Origin: an uncultured Oscillospiraceae bacterium
GTDB lineage: Bacteria; Bacillota; Clostridia; Oscillospirales; Ruminococcaceae
Assembly: GCA_964483415.1 (NCBI GenBank)
Contig: CAZAAR010000002.1
Span: 1-63,186 of the forward strand
DNA: 63,186 nt
Direction of reading: 5' to 3'
Shown: in pieces, positions 37,730 through 45,949 of the stretch
Numbering within the stretch: position 1 is the stretch's first letter
How the letters are laid out: the number at the start of each line of letters is the position of its first letter
Made by a program: the position numbers and the translations under genes
The notes under the pieces: generated by a model
Seen by the model: only the letters and a program-made list of their open reading frames with translations
What the model was told of the DNA's origin: nothing
Databases searched by the model: none

Positions 37730-38379
37730 AAAAGATGGACCCCGCGGCCGCCTCCCTTTTAAGCGAGAGCTTCCGCAAGATTCTGTTTTCCAACCCGGTC
37801 CTGGTCGGCGGGATGGTGCTGGGCGAGATCGTCATCGGCGCCACCTCGCTGCAAAACGCCGTGGCCCTCTCGGTCACGTTCGCGATCGTCACGATCCCGG
37901 TGCTGCTGCTCGCCCCGCTCGTCGCCCATTTTGTGCCCAAGACGTGGCGCATCCTCTGCTACGCCCTCGTCTCCATGTCGATGCTCTTTACGGCGCAGGC
38001 GGCGGTCGCGCCGATCTCCCCGACGATCTTCGACTCCCTGGGCATCTACCTGCCGCTGCTCGCGCTCAACACGGTCGTCGTCGCCTATTCCCGGCTGATT
38101 TCCGAGGAGAAGAGCGCCGTCTTCAATCTGCTCGACGGCGTCTGTTTCAGCATCGGTTTTCTGATCGTGGCGGTGCTGATCGGCGGGACCCGGGAGTTGT
38201 TCGGCAGCGGAACGCTCTGGGGCCATGTGATTTTGCAGCGCAAGGCCTCCGCTTTGAAGCTGCCGTTCGCCGGCTTCCTGCTCGCCGGCTTTTTGGCCGC
38301 GGGGATCGAGGGTCTGCGCATTTTGTTCCACGCGAAACCCTATGAACATTTCTCCGGCGGGAAGGAGGACCAGAAATGA
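37726..38379 (+). CDS. RnfE/NqrD-like membrane subunit (both conserved Cys replaced)
   Basis: 217 aa. NPVLVGGMVLGEIVIGATSLQNA, LGIYLPLLALNTVVV and LLDGVCFSIGF...GTRELFGSGTLWG align to RsxE blocks. Overlaps the upstream gene by 4 nt. Confidence 0.75.
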   Translation: MKKMDPAAASLLSESFRKILFSNPVLVGGMVLGEIVIGATSLQNAVALSVTFAIVTIPVLLLAPLVAHFVPKTWRILCYALVSMSMLFTAQAAVAPISPTIFDSLGIYLPLLALNTVVVAYSRLISEEKSAVFNLLDGVCFSIGFLIVAVLIGGTRELFGSGTLWGHVILQRKASALKLPFAGFLLAGFLAAGIEGLRILFHAKPYEHFSGGKEDQK

Positions 38380-38969
38380 CGTACCTGCTCGGTTTTATCG
38401 GCGCGGCGCTGACCGCCCTGTTTCTTGAAAACATCGTCTTCGCGCGCGCCCTCGGCACAAGCTGGCTCCTCTACATGCTCAAGCACCCCAAGGAGCTCGT
38501 GCGCTACTCCGCGCTGCTCACGATCATCACGGTCGTCTCGTCGCTCGCGGTCTATCCGCTGCGCGATTTTATCACCAAGACCGGATACGCGTATGTGCTG
38601 ATGCCAATACTGTTTACTGCCTGCATGTCCGCGCTGTACGCGCTCATCTATCTCGTCACAAAAAGATACCTGCCCGGCGTCTTTGAAAATATCCAGAAGC
38701 GCCTCGCCTCGGCGACGTTCAACTGCGCGATCCTCGGCAGCCTGCTGATCCCGTATAACGAGGGCATGGACCTCGCCCACACGCTCGGCTACTCCGTCGG
38801 CATGTCCGCGGGCTTTGTGTTCGCCGTCGTGCTGATCGGGGCGGGCATGGAGCGCATCGCGCTCTGCCGCGTGCCGAGGGCGTTCCGGGGGCTGCCGGTC
38901 CTGCTGATCTATCTCGGGCTGCTCTCCCTCGCATTTTACGGGCTGATCGGGCATCAGCTCCCGACCTGA
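38376..38969 (+). CDS. RnfA/NqrE-like membrane subunit (one of two conserved Cys retained)
   Basis: 197 aa. ENIVFARALGTSW, ATFNCAILG and VPRAFRGLPVLLIYLGLLSLAFYGLIG align to RsxA blocks. Overlaps the upstream gene by 4 nt. Confidence 0.75.
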   Translation: MTYLLGFIGAALTALFLENIVFARALGTSWLLYMLKHPKELVRYSALLTIITVVSSLAVYPLRDFITKTGYAYVLMPILFTACMSALYALIYLVTKRYLPGVFENIQKRLASATFNCAILGSLLIPYNEGMDLAHTLGYSVGMSAGFVFAVVLIGAGMERIALCRVPRAFRGLPVLLIYLGLLSLAFYGLIGHQLPT

Positions 38970-38985
38970 TCCGAAAGGAAACAAG

Positions 38986-40359
38986 ATGGCCAGATTTTTT
39001 AAAATCAAGCGCAGCGGGAACCGCGACCGCCAAAGCAAAAAAGGCTTTTATCAGATTAGGCGCTCCGCGGACCGCATCATCGACCCGCGGCGCAAGCTCT
39101 ATCGGAAGATCGCGCTCATTGCGGCCGGGGTCCTCGTGATGTTTGCCGTGGGGTGGTTTGTCTACGAGCCGCTCGTTCAGGTGCTGCTTGGTTCCGGGGC
39201 GCCGGAGCCGGAATCGGCGTCTTCGGAGCCGGTCTTCGAGGCCTCGTCGGAGCCGGAGCCCGCGCCGGAGGAGGAGCCGGATCTCTTCGCGCAGCCGGTC
39301 CTCGCCGCCCTGGTCCCGGGGAAGGCCTTCGCGGACGACGCCCTTTATACCGCCTACCTTGCCGGGCTGGAGCCCTCCGTCAACGCCGTCGTACTCGACC
39401 TCAAGGACGGCGGCGGCGCGGTGACCTACCGCTCGCCGCAGTCGAGCGTCGCGGAATACGGCACCGAGACGGAAACCGCCGCGGACCTCGCCTTGCGGAT
39501 CGAGGCGGCGCGCGCCGCCGGATACGGCGTGATCGCGCGGATTTACTGCTTTGAAGACCACAAGGCGCCCTCCGGCTGCTACGAGGGCTCGGTCAAATAC
39601 GGCAGCGCGGACGGCGTGCTCTGGCTCGACGACAGCGCCGAGTACGGCGGCCGCCCGTGGCTCAACCCCTGCTCCGACACCGCGAGAAAATATGTGCTCG
39701 ACATCGTCTGCGACGCCGCGAATTTCGGCGCGGACGCCGTCGTGCTCGACGGCCTGCGCTTCCCGCCGGACCGGGGCGTCCAATACGCATGGTTCGCCAA
39801 TGAGGGCTTCGACCGCCTCGAAGTCCTGCGCAGCTTTACGGAGCTCGCCATGGCGGAGGCGGGGAAGCAGTCCGTCCCGGTGCTGGCCGCGTACGACGCC
39901 TCCCGCGTCGTCCTCGGCGCCACCTCCGTCTATGGGGGCAGCCCGGCCGCGTTTCCGGCCTCCGGCTACGCGCCGGCGATGGATTTCGGGGCCCTTGCCG
40001 GGGCGGCGGGGCTCTCCGGGGCGCTTGCCTACGAGAGCCTGCCGCAGGATTTCCGCGCCGCCACAAACGCGCTGGTCGGCGCGCTGGGTTACGGCGGGGG
40101 CAGCCTGCTGCTCCCGTTCGTGCAGGCGGAGGGTCTTTCGGATGAGGACCTCGCCGCCGTGCTCGCCGCGCTGCGGGAAAAAGGCGCGCCCAGCGCCGTC
40201 CTCGTCGGGAAATATAAGGTCCCGGCGGCGGAAACGGCCTCCTCCGAGCCGTCGCACCGGCCGGAACCCTCGCCGGGGGCCTCCTCCGGGGGCTCCTCCT
40301 CGGGAAAGGAGAATTCCTCCGGGGAGAGCGGCAGCCGCGTCATCACCGTAAAGCCCTGA
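38986..40359 (+). CDS. membrane-anchored putative glycoside-hydrolase-like TIM-barrel protein (DUF4015/GHL-type, tentative)
   Basis: 457 aa. Basic cytoplasmic N-terminus, one TM helix (IALIAAGVLVMFAVGWFVY), and an acidic S/E/P linker. The body includes NAVVLDLKDGGG, IARIYCFEDH, RPWLNPCSDTARKYVLDI and GADAVVLDGLRFP. Starts 16 nt after the RnfA-like gene. Confidence 0.55.
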   Translation: MARFFKIKRSGNRDRQSKKGFYQIRRSADRIIDPRRKLYRKIALIAAGVLVMFAVGWFVYEPLVQVLLGSGAPEPESASSEPVFEASSEPEPAPEEEPDLFAQPVLAALVPGKAFADDALYTAYLAGLEPSVNAVVLDLKDGGGAVTYRSPQSSVAEYGTETETAADLALRIEAARAAGYGVIARIYCFEDHKAPSGCYEGSVKYGSADGVLWLDDSAEYGGRPWLNPCSDTARKYVLDIVCDAANFGADAVVLDGLRFPPDRGVQYAWFANEGFDRLEVLRSFTELAMAEAGKQSVPVLAAYDASRVVLGATSVYGGSPAAFPASGYAPAMDFGALAGAAGLSGALAYESLPQDFRAATNALVGALGYGGGSLLLPFVQAEGLSDEDLAAVLAALREKGAPSAVLVGKYKVPAAETASSEPSHRPEPSPGASSGGSSSGKENSSGESGSRVITVKP

Positions 40360-40516
40360 CCGCCCGGGGGCCATGCCCTTCCGGGGGTTCCCTCGCGGGG
40401 GTCCTTTATAAAGGGATCCGGTTTCGCCGTCCTGTTTCGCAAAATAAAAAGCGCCGCGCCGTCTGAAGGATCAGACGGCGCGGCGCTTTTTGAGCGTATG
40501 GGAATCGGCGGGGATT

Positions 40517-41950
40517 TCAGTTGCCCGCCGCGGGTTTGCTGGTCGCCGAGGAGCCGGAGGCCGCGGGCTTGCTGCTGGTCGCAGCGGGCTTGCTGGTTGT
40601 CGTGGAGCCGGACGTCGCGGGCTTGCTGGTCGCCGCGGAACTGTTTGCGGACGAGCCGCTCTCCGTTCCGGAGACGGGCTCGGTCTTCGGCACGACCGGC
40701 GTGATCGGCGGATGGACGGCGTCCGGATTGATCACAAACTCGGCCTCCGTCTTCATCGCGGTCTTGGGGTTGGTCACGAGCTTCGCCATCACGACGAAGC
40801 GGTAGTTCTCGCGGGTCGCGAGCCCCCAGCCCACCGTGCAGGTGGAGAAGGTCAGGATCTTGTCGCTCTTGGTCACCGGGACGTTATAGGTGTAGAGGGA
40901 GCGGTTCTTTGCCGTGGTGAGCAGGAAATCAAACGCGGAGTCGTCCGGGGCGGGGTCGATGTACCAGAACGCCTTGCCGTCGATGGCTTTGTCGTTGTAA
41001 AAGACCGCGAAGACCTCCCAGACCATATCCTGATCGGCGGTCGAGAAGAAGATATAAGGCGTCTTCCTGGCGAAAGCCTCGTCCGTGAAGTAGAAGAGCT
41101 GGGAGAAGCGCGGGCCGGCCGCGTCGTCGGCCTTATACTCGAGGTTGGTGGAGCCGAGGTCGCTGTGGCCGAAGATGACGGTGTTTTTGGACAGGCCCGC
41201 CGCGCCGCCTTCAAACGTGTTGTATTTGCTCGAGTAGTAGGCGCCGTCGATCCAGTAAGTGTTGTAGACGTATTTGCCCAAGTCGTTGCGGTAGTTGTAG
41301 GAGTAGGAATTCTTGTCTTGGCAGACGACGGCATTGATGTCCGAAAGGCCCGGGACGTTGAGCCAGCCGACCACGTCGCCGTTCGCGTTGAAGGCCGCGG
41401 CGATCTGCTCAAGCCGGCTGACGACCTCGACGGGCTGCGGCTCCGCCTCGGAATTTTCCTCCGAGCTCCCGCTTTCGATGATCACGGCGCCGGACTCGGA
41501 TTCCTCCCCGGGCGTGCGGCTGCCGGAGGAGCAGGAGGCGATGAGCAGGACAAGCAGCAGCACAACGGCCGCCGCCACGATCCCGAGGCGCAGCACCAGT
41601 TTCCCGGTAGGCATCGACCGGACGGTCTCGGCAAGCGCCCTCAGCTTCCCGGAGAAGCCGCCCGCGGCGTTTACCGGCTCGCCGTCGTCCCAATCAGCCG
41701 ATTCGGTCTCGGGTTCCGCTTCGGGTGTCTCTTCGGGGAAAGCGTCCGCGCCGCCCGGTTCATCCCCCGGAGAGGGCGTCTCCGCGGCGGGCTCGTAGAT
41801 CCGGGCGTCGCCGCCTACATATGTACCGAACGGTTTTTCTTCTTCCTCGTCCTCCGTCTCCGCGCCGGTCCCGGGCCTTTTCCGAAGGAGATCCTTGGCC
41901 CCGGCCTCCGCGTCGTTTTTGAGATCTTTTAGTTTATCGAGAAAACTCAT
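40517..41950 (-). CDS. class-B-type sortase with long acidic cytoplasmic N-terminus and S/T/P/K-rich C-terminal tail
   Basis: 477 aa from ATG 41950 (AAGGA RBS). TM LGIVAAAVVLLLVLLIA. Sortase blocks VVGWLNVPGLSDINAVVCQDKN, NTVIFGHSD (His), ILTFSTCT (Cys), and YRFVVMAKL (Arg). Confidence 0.75.
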   Translation of the reverse strand: MSFLDKLKDLKNDAEAGAKDLLRKRPGTGAETEDEEEEKPFGTYVGGDARIYEPAAETPSPGDEPGGADAFPEETPEAEPETESADWDDGEPVNAAGGFSGKLRALAETVRSMPTGKLVLRLGIVAAAVVLLLVLLIASCSSGSRTPGEESESGAVIIESGSSEENSEAEPQPVEVVSRLEQIAAAFNANGDVVGWLNVPGLSDINAVVCQDKNSYSYNYRNDLGKYVYNTYWIDGAYYSSKYNTFEGGAAGLSKNTVIFGHSDLGSTNLEYKADDAAGPRFSQLFYFTDEAFARKTPYIFFSTADQDMVWEVFAVFYNDKAIDGKAFWYIDPAPDDSAFDFLLTTAKNRSLYTYNVPVTKSDKILTFSTCTVGWGLATRENYRFVVMAKLVTNPKTAMKTEAEFVINPDAVHPPITPVVPKTEPVSGTESGSSANSSAATSKPATSGSTTTSKPAATSSKPAASGSSATSKPAAGN

Positions 41951-42392
41951 AATCGTGTCCATCCTTATGACGTGTAATAATAATAAAGTATAACACCCTT
42001 CTTTTTTAATTACAAGCGGGCGTCCGGTTCCGGAAAAGATTTCCCGCCGCGGCAAAAAAGCGGGCGGCCGTATCCTAATTACAGTGCAAAAAAGCCGGTA
42101 AATTCCTGCTTGGGGAGCCGGCCGCGGCATGTTTTTTTTGCGCCCGGACCCCGGCGCGCACGGCGGGAACGTCCCGGCGAAGGGCCGGCCGCCGCGCCCT
42201 TCGCATTTTACGAAAGCAGCCGGGAAGATATACGCCTGAGCCGTTTCAAATTCGCGGGCCGGGCCCGCGCGCCCCGGCGGTTTGGAAAAACGCCGCGCCG
42301 GCCTCTCTCCCGCGCGCCCTTTCGCCGCTCTTTTTCGGCGCGAGACAAAGCCCCCGCCAAAAAAGCGGGGGCCGTCCCCGGGTCGCCGTATG

Positions 42393-42560
42393 TTATCCGC
42401 CGACCGGCCCCTGTGGGTCGTGGAAGTCGAAGACGGCCGGGTGCTCCTCCTCCGCCTCGAGGTACATCTCCTCGCACCGCTGCTGCGCCTCGATCAAAAC
42501 GCGGACGGCCTTCTCCGACGCGCGCACCATGGAAAGGTACATCTCTTTATAATCCGCCAT
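42393..42560 (-). CDS. small hypothetical protein (55 aa)
   Basis: Below the track cut-off. GAGGTGA RBS, then MADYKEMYLSMVRASEKAVRVLIEAQQRCEEMYLEAEEEHPAVFDFHDPQGPVGG. High-GC3 frame. A hairpin GCCCCCGC...GCGGGGGC lies downstream. Confidence 0.5.
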   Translation of the reverse strand: MADYKEMYLSMVRASEKAVRVLIEAQQRCEEMYLEAEEEHPAVFDFHDPQGPVGG

Positions 42561-42675
42561 ACCGTCACCTCATAAACAGTATGGATCGCCCGGGCTTTAA
42601 AATGAGTGGGTAATCCTGCCATGCGCGCGGGCGCCCTTTTTTTGCGGAAAAGCCGCCCGGAAAGCCGCTTCGCGG

Positions 42676-43002
42676 TCAGATTTCTTTACGCGGCGTCACG
42701 TCCCGGCACAGACAGACGGAGCCGGCACGGACGGCGCGGAAAACGAAGAGCGGGATCGCCGCCCCGCTTTTGGAGAAGATCAAGGCATGTAGCCCGGCGA
42801 AAGGTTGCCCATCGTATAAAAGAGGACGCCGCCGGGCGCCGTATGCGTAAGGCTCAGCCGGGAGCGTTCCGTGAGCCCCGCGAGCGGCGCTCAAGTCGAA
42901 GACCGCGGCGTGATCCGGCATCAGGCCGCCCAGATGCGTCAGGTTCGCGAGCGGGGCGGTCAGGCACGCGGACAGCGGGATTCCGCCCCAACATTTTTTC
43001 AT
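42676..43002 (-). CDS. hypothetical protein (108 aa)
   Basis: ATG at 43002 follows AAGGAAGGG. Third-codon positions are strongly G/C-biased in this frame. No family recognised. Confidence 0.4.
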   Translation of the reverse strand: MKKCWGGIPLSACLTAPLANLTHLGGLMPDHAAVFDLSAARGAHGTLPAEPYAYGARRRPLLYDGQPFAGLHALIFSKSGAAIPLFVFRAVRAGSVCLCRDVTPRKEI

Positions 43003-43245
43003 CACGATCCCTTCCTTACGTTGTCCCGGTCCGCGCGGCGGTCCCGGAAAAAATATCCAATCCATAAAAATTACACAAGAAATCGGGGGAAAAAATCGAG
43101 CGCCCGGCGGCGCTTTCCGGCGGGTCCCGCAAATTTTGCGCCCGCGGCTTCAAAGGAGCAGCGGGGGTCCGCGGACCCGCGGGACGGGGAATGAGGCAGA
43201 GTCAAAAACGGCCGTTTCCGTTACTGCTCAAAAGAGGCGGGCGGC

Positions 43246-43273
43246 TTGACATCGAATGGCGTCAGGTTATACT
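43246..43273 (+). promoter_or_regulatory. sigma-A-type promoter upstream of the riboswitch-like leader
   Basis: TTGACA (43246-43251), 16 nt spacer, TATACT (43268-43273). Confidence 0.55.
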
Positions 43274-43289
43274 GGATTGTAGGCGGGAA

Positions 43290-43500
43290 TGTTTTTATGG
43301 AAAGGCCTGCTTTCTTTAACTGAATAACGGTCGTCATGTTCCCGCGGGTCTGCGCAGTTTTGCGGCGGGCGCGGGAATGAGAGAAACCGGTGAGAATCCG
43401 GTACATTTATCCGTTGCTGTATATGCCTGAGGCTGCCGTTCGTGGCGTGAGCCGGTCATTGGGAGAGATCCTGAAAAGGCTGGGCGGCGGGCGCGGGGCT
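43290..43500 (+). promoter_or_regulatory. candidate cobalamin-type riboswitch (core motifs present, B12-box region atypical)
   Basis: GGGAATGAGAGAAACCGGTGAGAATCCGGTACATTTATCCGTTGCTGTA resembles the conserved GGGAA...GGTGAGAATCC...CCGCCACTGTA core. Downstream, GGGAGAGATCCTG is only loosely B12-box-like. Not verified with a covariance model. Confidence 0.45.
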
Positions 43501-43592
43501 TTGATTTTTAAGGCTCTCTATGGCGGCGAAGGGGGGCCGCAGCGTCTGCAGCGCCGCGGCGCGGGATCTGACAACAAACGTGGAGTGAGGTT

Positions 43593-44249
43593 ATGAAAAA
43601 ACGGATTTTTGCATGTGCGCTGATCTTTTTACTGCTCAGACCGGTCACCGCCGGCGCGGACGACTACCTCTACCGGGCGCTCCTGCGCCCATCCTCGGGG
43701 TCGGTCAGGAGCGGGAGCACCTTTACCGTGGAGGTCGTCATCGAAAAAAACGCCTATAACGACTTCTCCGCGTCGGTCGGTTATGATACCGGCCTGTTCA
43801 CCTATGTCTCCTGTTCCGGCGCGATGGCCGAGCACAGCGGCGGAACAGTCAGGCTCGCGGCGGTCCATACCGAAACGCAGGAGGCCGGCAGCGTGGCCGC
43901 GGTGCTGACTTTCCGCGCGAAGACGGTCGGCAAATCGGCAACGGGCGCGTTCGCGCTTTTCGACGCAAAGGCGGATATCTCCGAGAGAGCAATCTCGGAG
44001 GACGCCAAACCGGCTGAAACGGAGGGCGCGTCCGTCTCCGTCGTCCCCGCGTCCTCGGGCCCCGGCGGAAAAGATCACGCGGAGCACGGGGATTCTTCGG
44101 AGGGAAGAATCATCGGCGTTGTCGGGGATCAGACGGAAGCCGAGGAAAACCCGCCGACCGGGGCGGGAGATCTCTGCGCGGCGGCCGCGGCCGCGGCCGC
44201 GCTCGCGTGGATCGGCATGGCGGCCGCCGGAAAGAAGAGGCGGAGGTAA
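43593..44249 (+). CDS. sortase-anchored surface protein with a cohesin-like beta-sandwich domain (tentative)
   Basis: 218 aa. Signal peptide MKKRIFACALIFLLLRPVTAGA. GSTFTVEVVIEKN...FSASVGYDTGLFTYVS...AAVLTFRAKTVGKS is a cohesin-like pattern. C-terminal sorting signal: NPPTG, a hydrophobic stretch, then KKRRR. Confidence 0.65.
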   Translation: MKKRIFACALIFLLLRPVTAGADDYLYRALLRPSSGSVRSGSTFTVEVVIEKNAYNDFSASVGYDTGLFTYVSCSGAMAEHSGGTVRLAAVHTETQEAGSVAAVLTFRAKTVGKSATGAFALFDAKADISERAISEDAKPAETEGASVSVVPASSGPGGKDHAEHGDSSEGRIIGVVGDQTEAEENPPTGAGDLCAAAAAAAALAWIGMAAAGKKRRR

Positions 44250-44306
44250 AGTCACCCTCGCTTCAACCGCCTGTCTGGCCGGGAGAAGCGGAAAATTTTT
44301 TACGCG

Positions 44307-44348
44307 AAAGGCCCGCCTCTCTCACAGCCGTGAGAAAGGCGGGCCTTT
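44307..44348. terminator. long hairpin terminator between convergent genes
   Basis: AAAGGCCCGCCT...AGGCGGGCCTTT with an inner TCTCAC-AGCC-GTGAGA stem. Confidence 0.6.
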
Positions 44349-44460
44349 CGCGCATCCCGTTTTAAAATAAAATTTTTCCATTAGCATCAGTTTTTTTAAA
44401 TGAGCACGGCATGGCGCGGGGCCGCCGTCATACGGAAAAACGTGCCGGAGCGCCCGGAAC

Positions 44461-45873
44461 TCAGATCCACACCTGCCCGCGGGAGAGGCCGTCCATATAG
44501 GCGCTCCACAGATCGTTGTTGAATTCCAGCAGCTTCATGGAGCTGTCCGCCACCTCGTCGGCCAGCGCGTCCGAGAAAAGGCCGGTGTGGAAGCAGTGGA
44601 TCTTTTCGCGCCCGCTCTTCTCGTCGAACAGGTAGATCAGGCTGAAATCCTTGAGGCAGACCGCGCAGATTTTCGGGGATTGGCCGCTGACGACCCTTGT
44701 CTTGCTCGGGCATTTCTCGGAGACGGAGGGGTCGAACCGCCGCAGGTAGGCGATCCGCCGCTCCTTTTCGATCTCGGCGGAGCCGATCAGGGGCACAATC
44801 ACCTTCCCCGTGCCGTAAAATCCCGCCAGCGTCTCGATGGACACAAAGAAAGCGGTGCGATTGGTGAAGACGCTGTCAAAGAGCTTGCGCATCTCCCGTT
44901 TGATGAAATCCGGCCCCTCGATCCGCTCGAGCTCCCCGTCGTTGAGCAGGTACGCGATGGGGAGGAAGGTATAAACGGCGTCGATGGGCTGGTCCGCGAT
45001 CCTTTGGAGGAACGTCGGGTCGGCCTCCAGGAACCGGATCGCCTCCTTGCGGTTATAGCTGATCTTCCTCGCGTCCCCCCGCATCAGGTTGTTATAAAAC
45101 ATGCTCAAGTACGCCTTATGTCGGACGAGCGTCATTAACGGGGTCTTCCCGTCGATCTGAAGCGTGAAGATCAGCAGGAACCGCCCTTTCAACAGCAAAA
45201 ACGGGGACTGCGTGATTTTTTCCGTCTCCCAGAGATTGAGGTCCGTGTACTGCTCCGCGTTGAAGACGTAGGAGAGCAGGTCGGCGCCCCCGGTGCCGTA
45301 GGAGGCCTCGAGCGAGGGGGTCTCGAACAGGTGATGAAACGCGATGCGCGAGGTGTCCCCATGGGGGGAGACCCGGATCCTGTCGAAGACGTCGGCGTAG
45401 ACCCGGTCGAACACCGGCAGCGCGCTGTAAAACGCCATCCGGGCCCCGCGGTCCTCGCCGATATAATCGGAGAGGATCACGCAAAACAGGTTTAGCATGG
45501 TCTTTTTGCCCAGAAAGCAGGACTCCTTGTAGGGATAATCCGGGCTCTCCCCGTTTTCGGCGAGATAGTCGCCGTCCAGCGCGTATTCGATCGCGGAGGC
45601 CAGAAAGACCTCAAGCTCGTACTTCGAGTTGAAATCATAGATGACTGGAAAGATGGAGCCGAACTTCAGGTAGCAGCCGTAGCAGAAGATGATCTCGGCG
45701 AAGTAGGCGGCCGCCTGCCGGCTGAACGCCTCCTTTTCCCTCAAAAAAGGCAGCCTCTTGCCCGTCAGGATCTTGCTCAGTCCGCTCGGCGTCATATTCA
45801 TGCTGAGGGCGAAATCCGTCTTCTGGATCTCGGCGATGTCGATCAGCGCCTTCAACAACGTGCCGGTTTTCAT
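44461..45873 (-). CDS. helix-turn-helix (XRE-like) transcriptional regulator with a large uncharacterised C-terminal domain
   Basis: 470 aa. N-terminus MKTGTLLKALIDIAEIQKTDFALSMNMTPSGLSKILTGKRLP is an HTH. The rest is unrecognised. Divergent from the adhesin gene. Confidence 0.65.
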   Translation of the reverse strand: MKTGTLLKALIDIAEIQKTDFALSMNMTPSGLSKILTGKRLPFLREKEAFSRQAAAYFAEIIFCYGCYLKFGSIFPVIYDFNSKYELEVFLASAIEYALDGDYLAENGESPDYPYKESCFLGKKTMLNLFCVILSDYIGEDRGARMAFYSALPVFDRVYADVFDRIRVSPHGDTSRIAFHHLFETPSLEASYGTGGADLLSYVFNAEQYTDLNLWETEKITQSPFLLLKGRFLLIFTLQIDGKTPLMTLVRHKAYLSMFYNNLMRGDARKISYNRKEAIRFLEADPTFLQRIADQPIDAVYTFLPIAYLLNDGELERIEGPDFIKREMRKLFDSVFTNRTAFFVSIETLAGFYGTGKVIVPLIGSAEIEKERRIAYLRRFDPSVSEKCPSKTRVVSGQSPKICAVCLKDFSLIYLFDEKSGREKIHCFHTGLFSDALADEVADSSMKLLEFNNDLWSAYMDGLSRGQVWI

Positions 45874-45949
45874 GATATTCCCCTCCGTTTCCTCAACCGA
45901 TACTCTAATTATACCGAATAAAAAGGAATTTTGTCACTTTATTTTCTTA

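Noticed and set aside
40700-40800. NPKTA motif (LVTNPKTAM) within the atypical sortase, read as a self-sorting signal
   Set aside because: It resembles SrtB signals (NPKTG), but no hydrophobic segment plus basic tail follows it. This is most likely coincidental.
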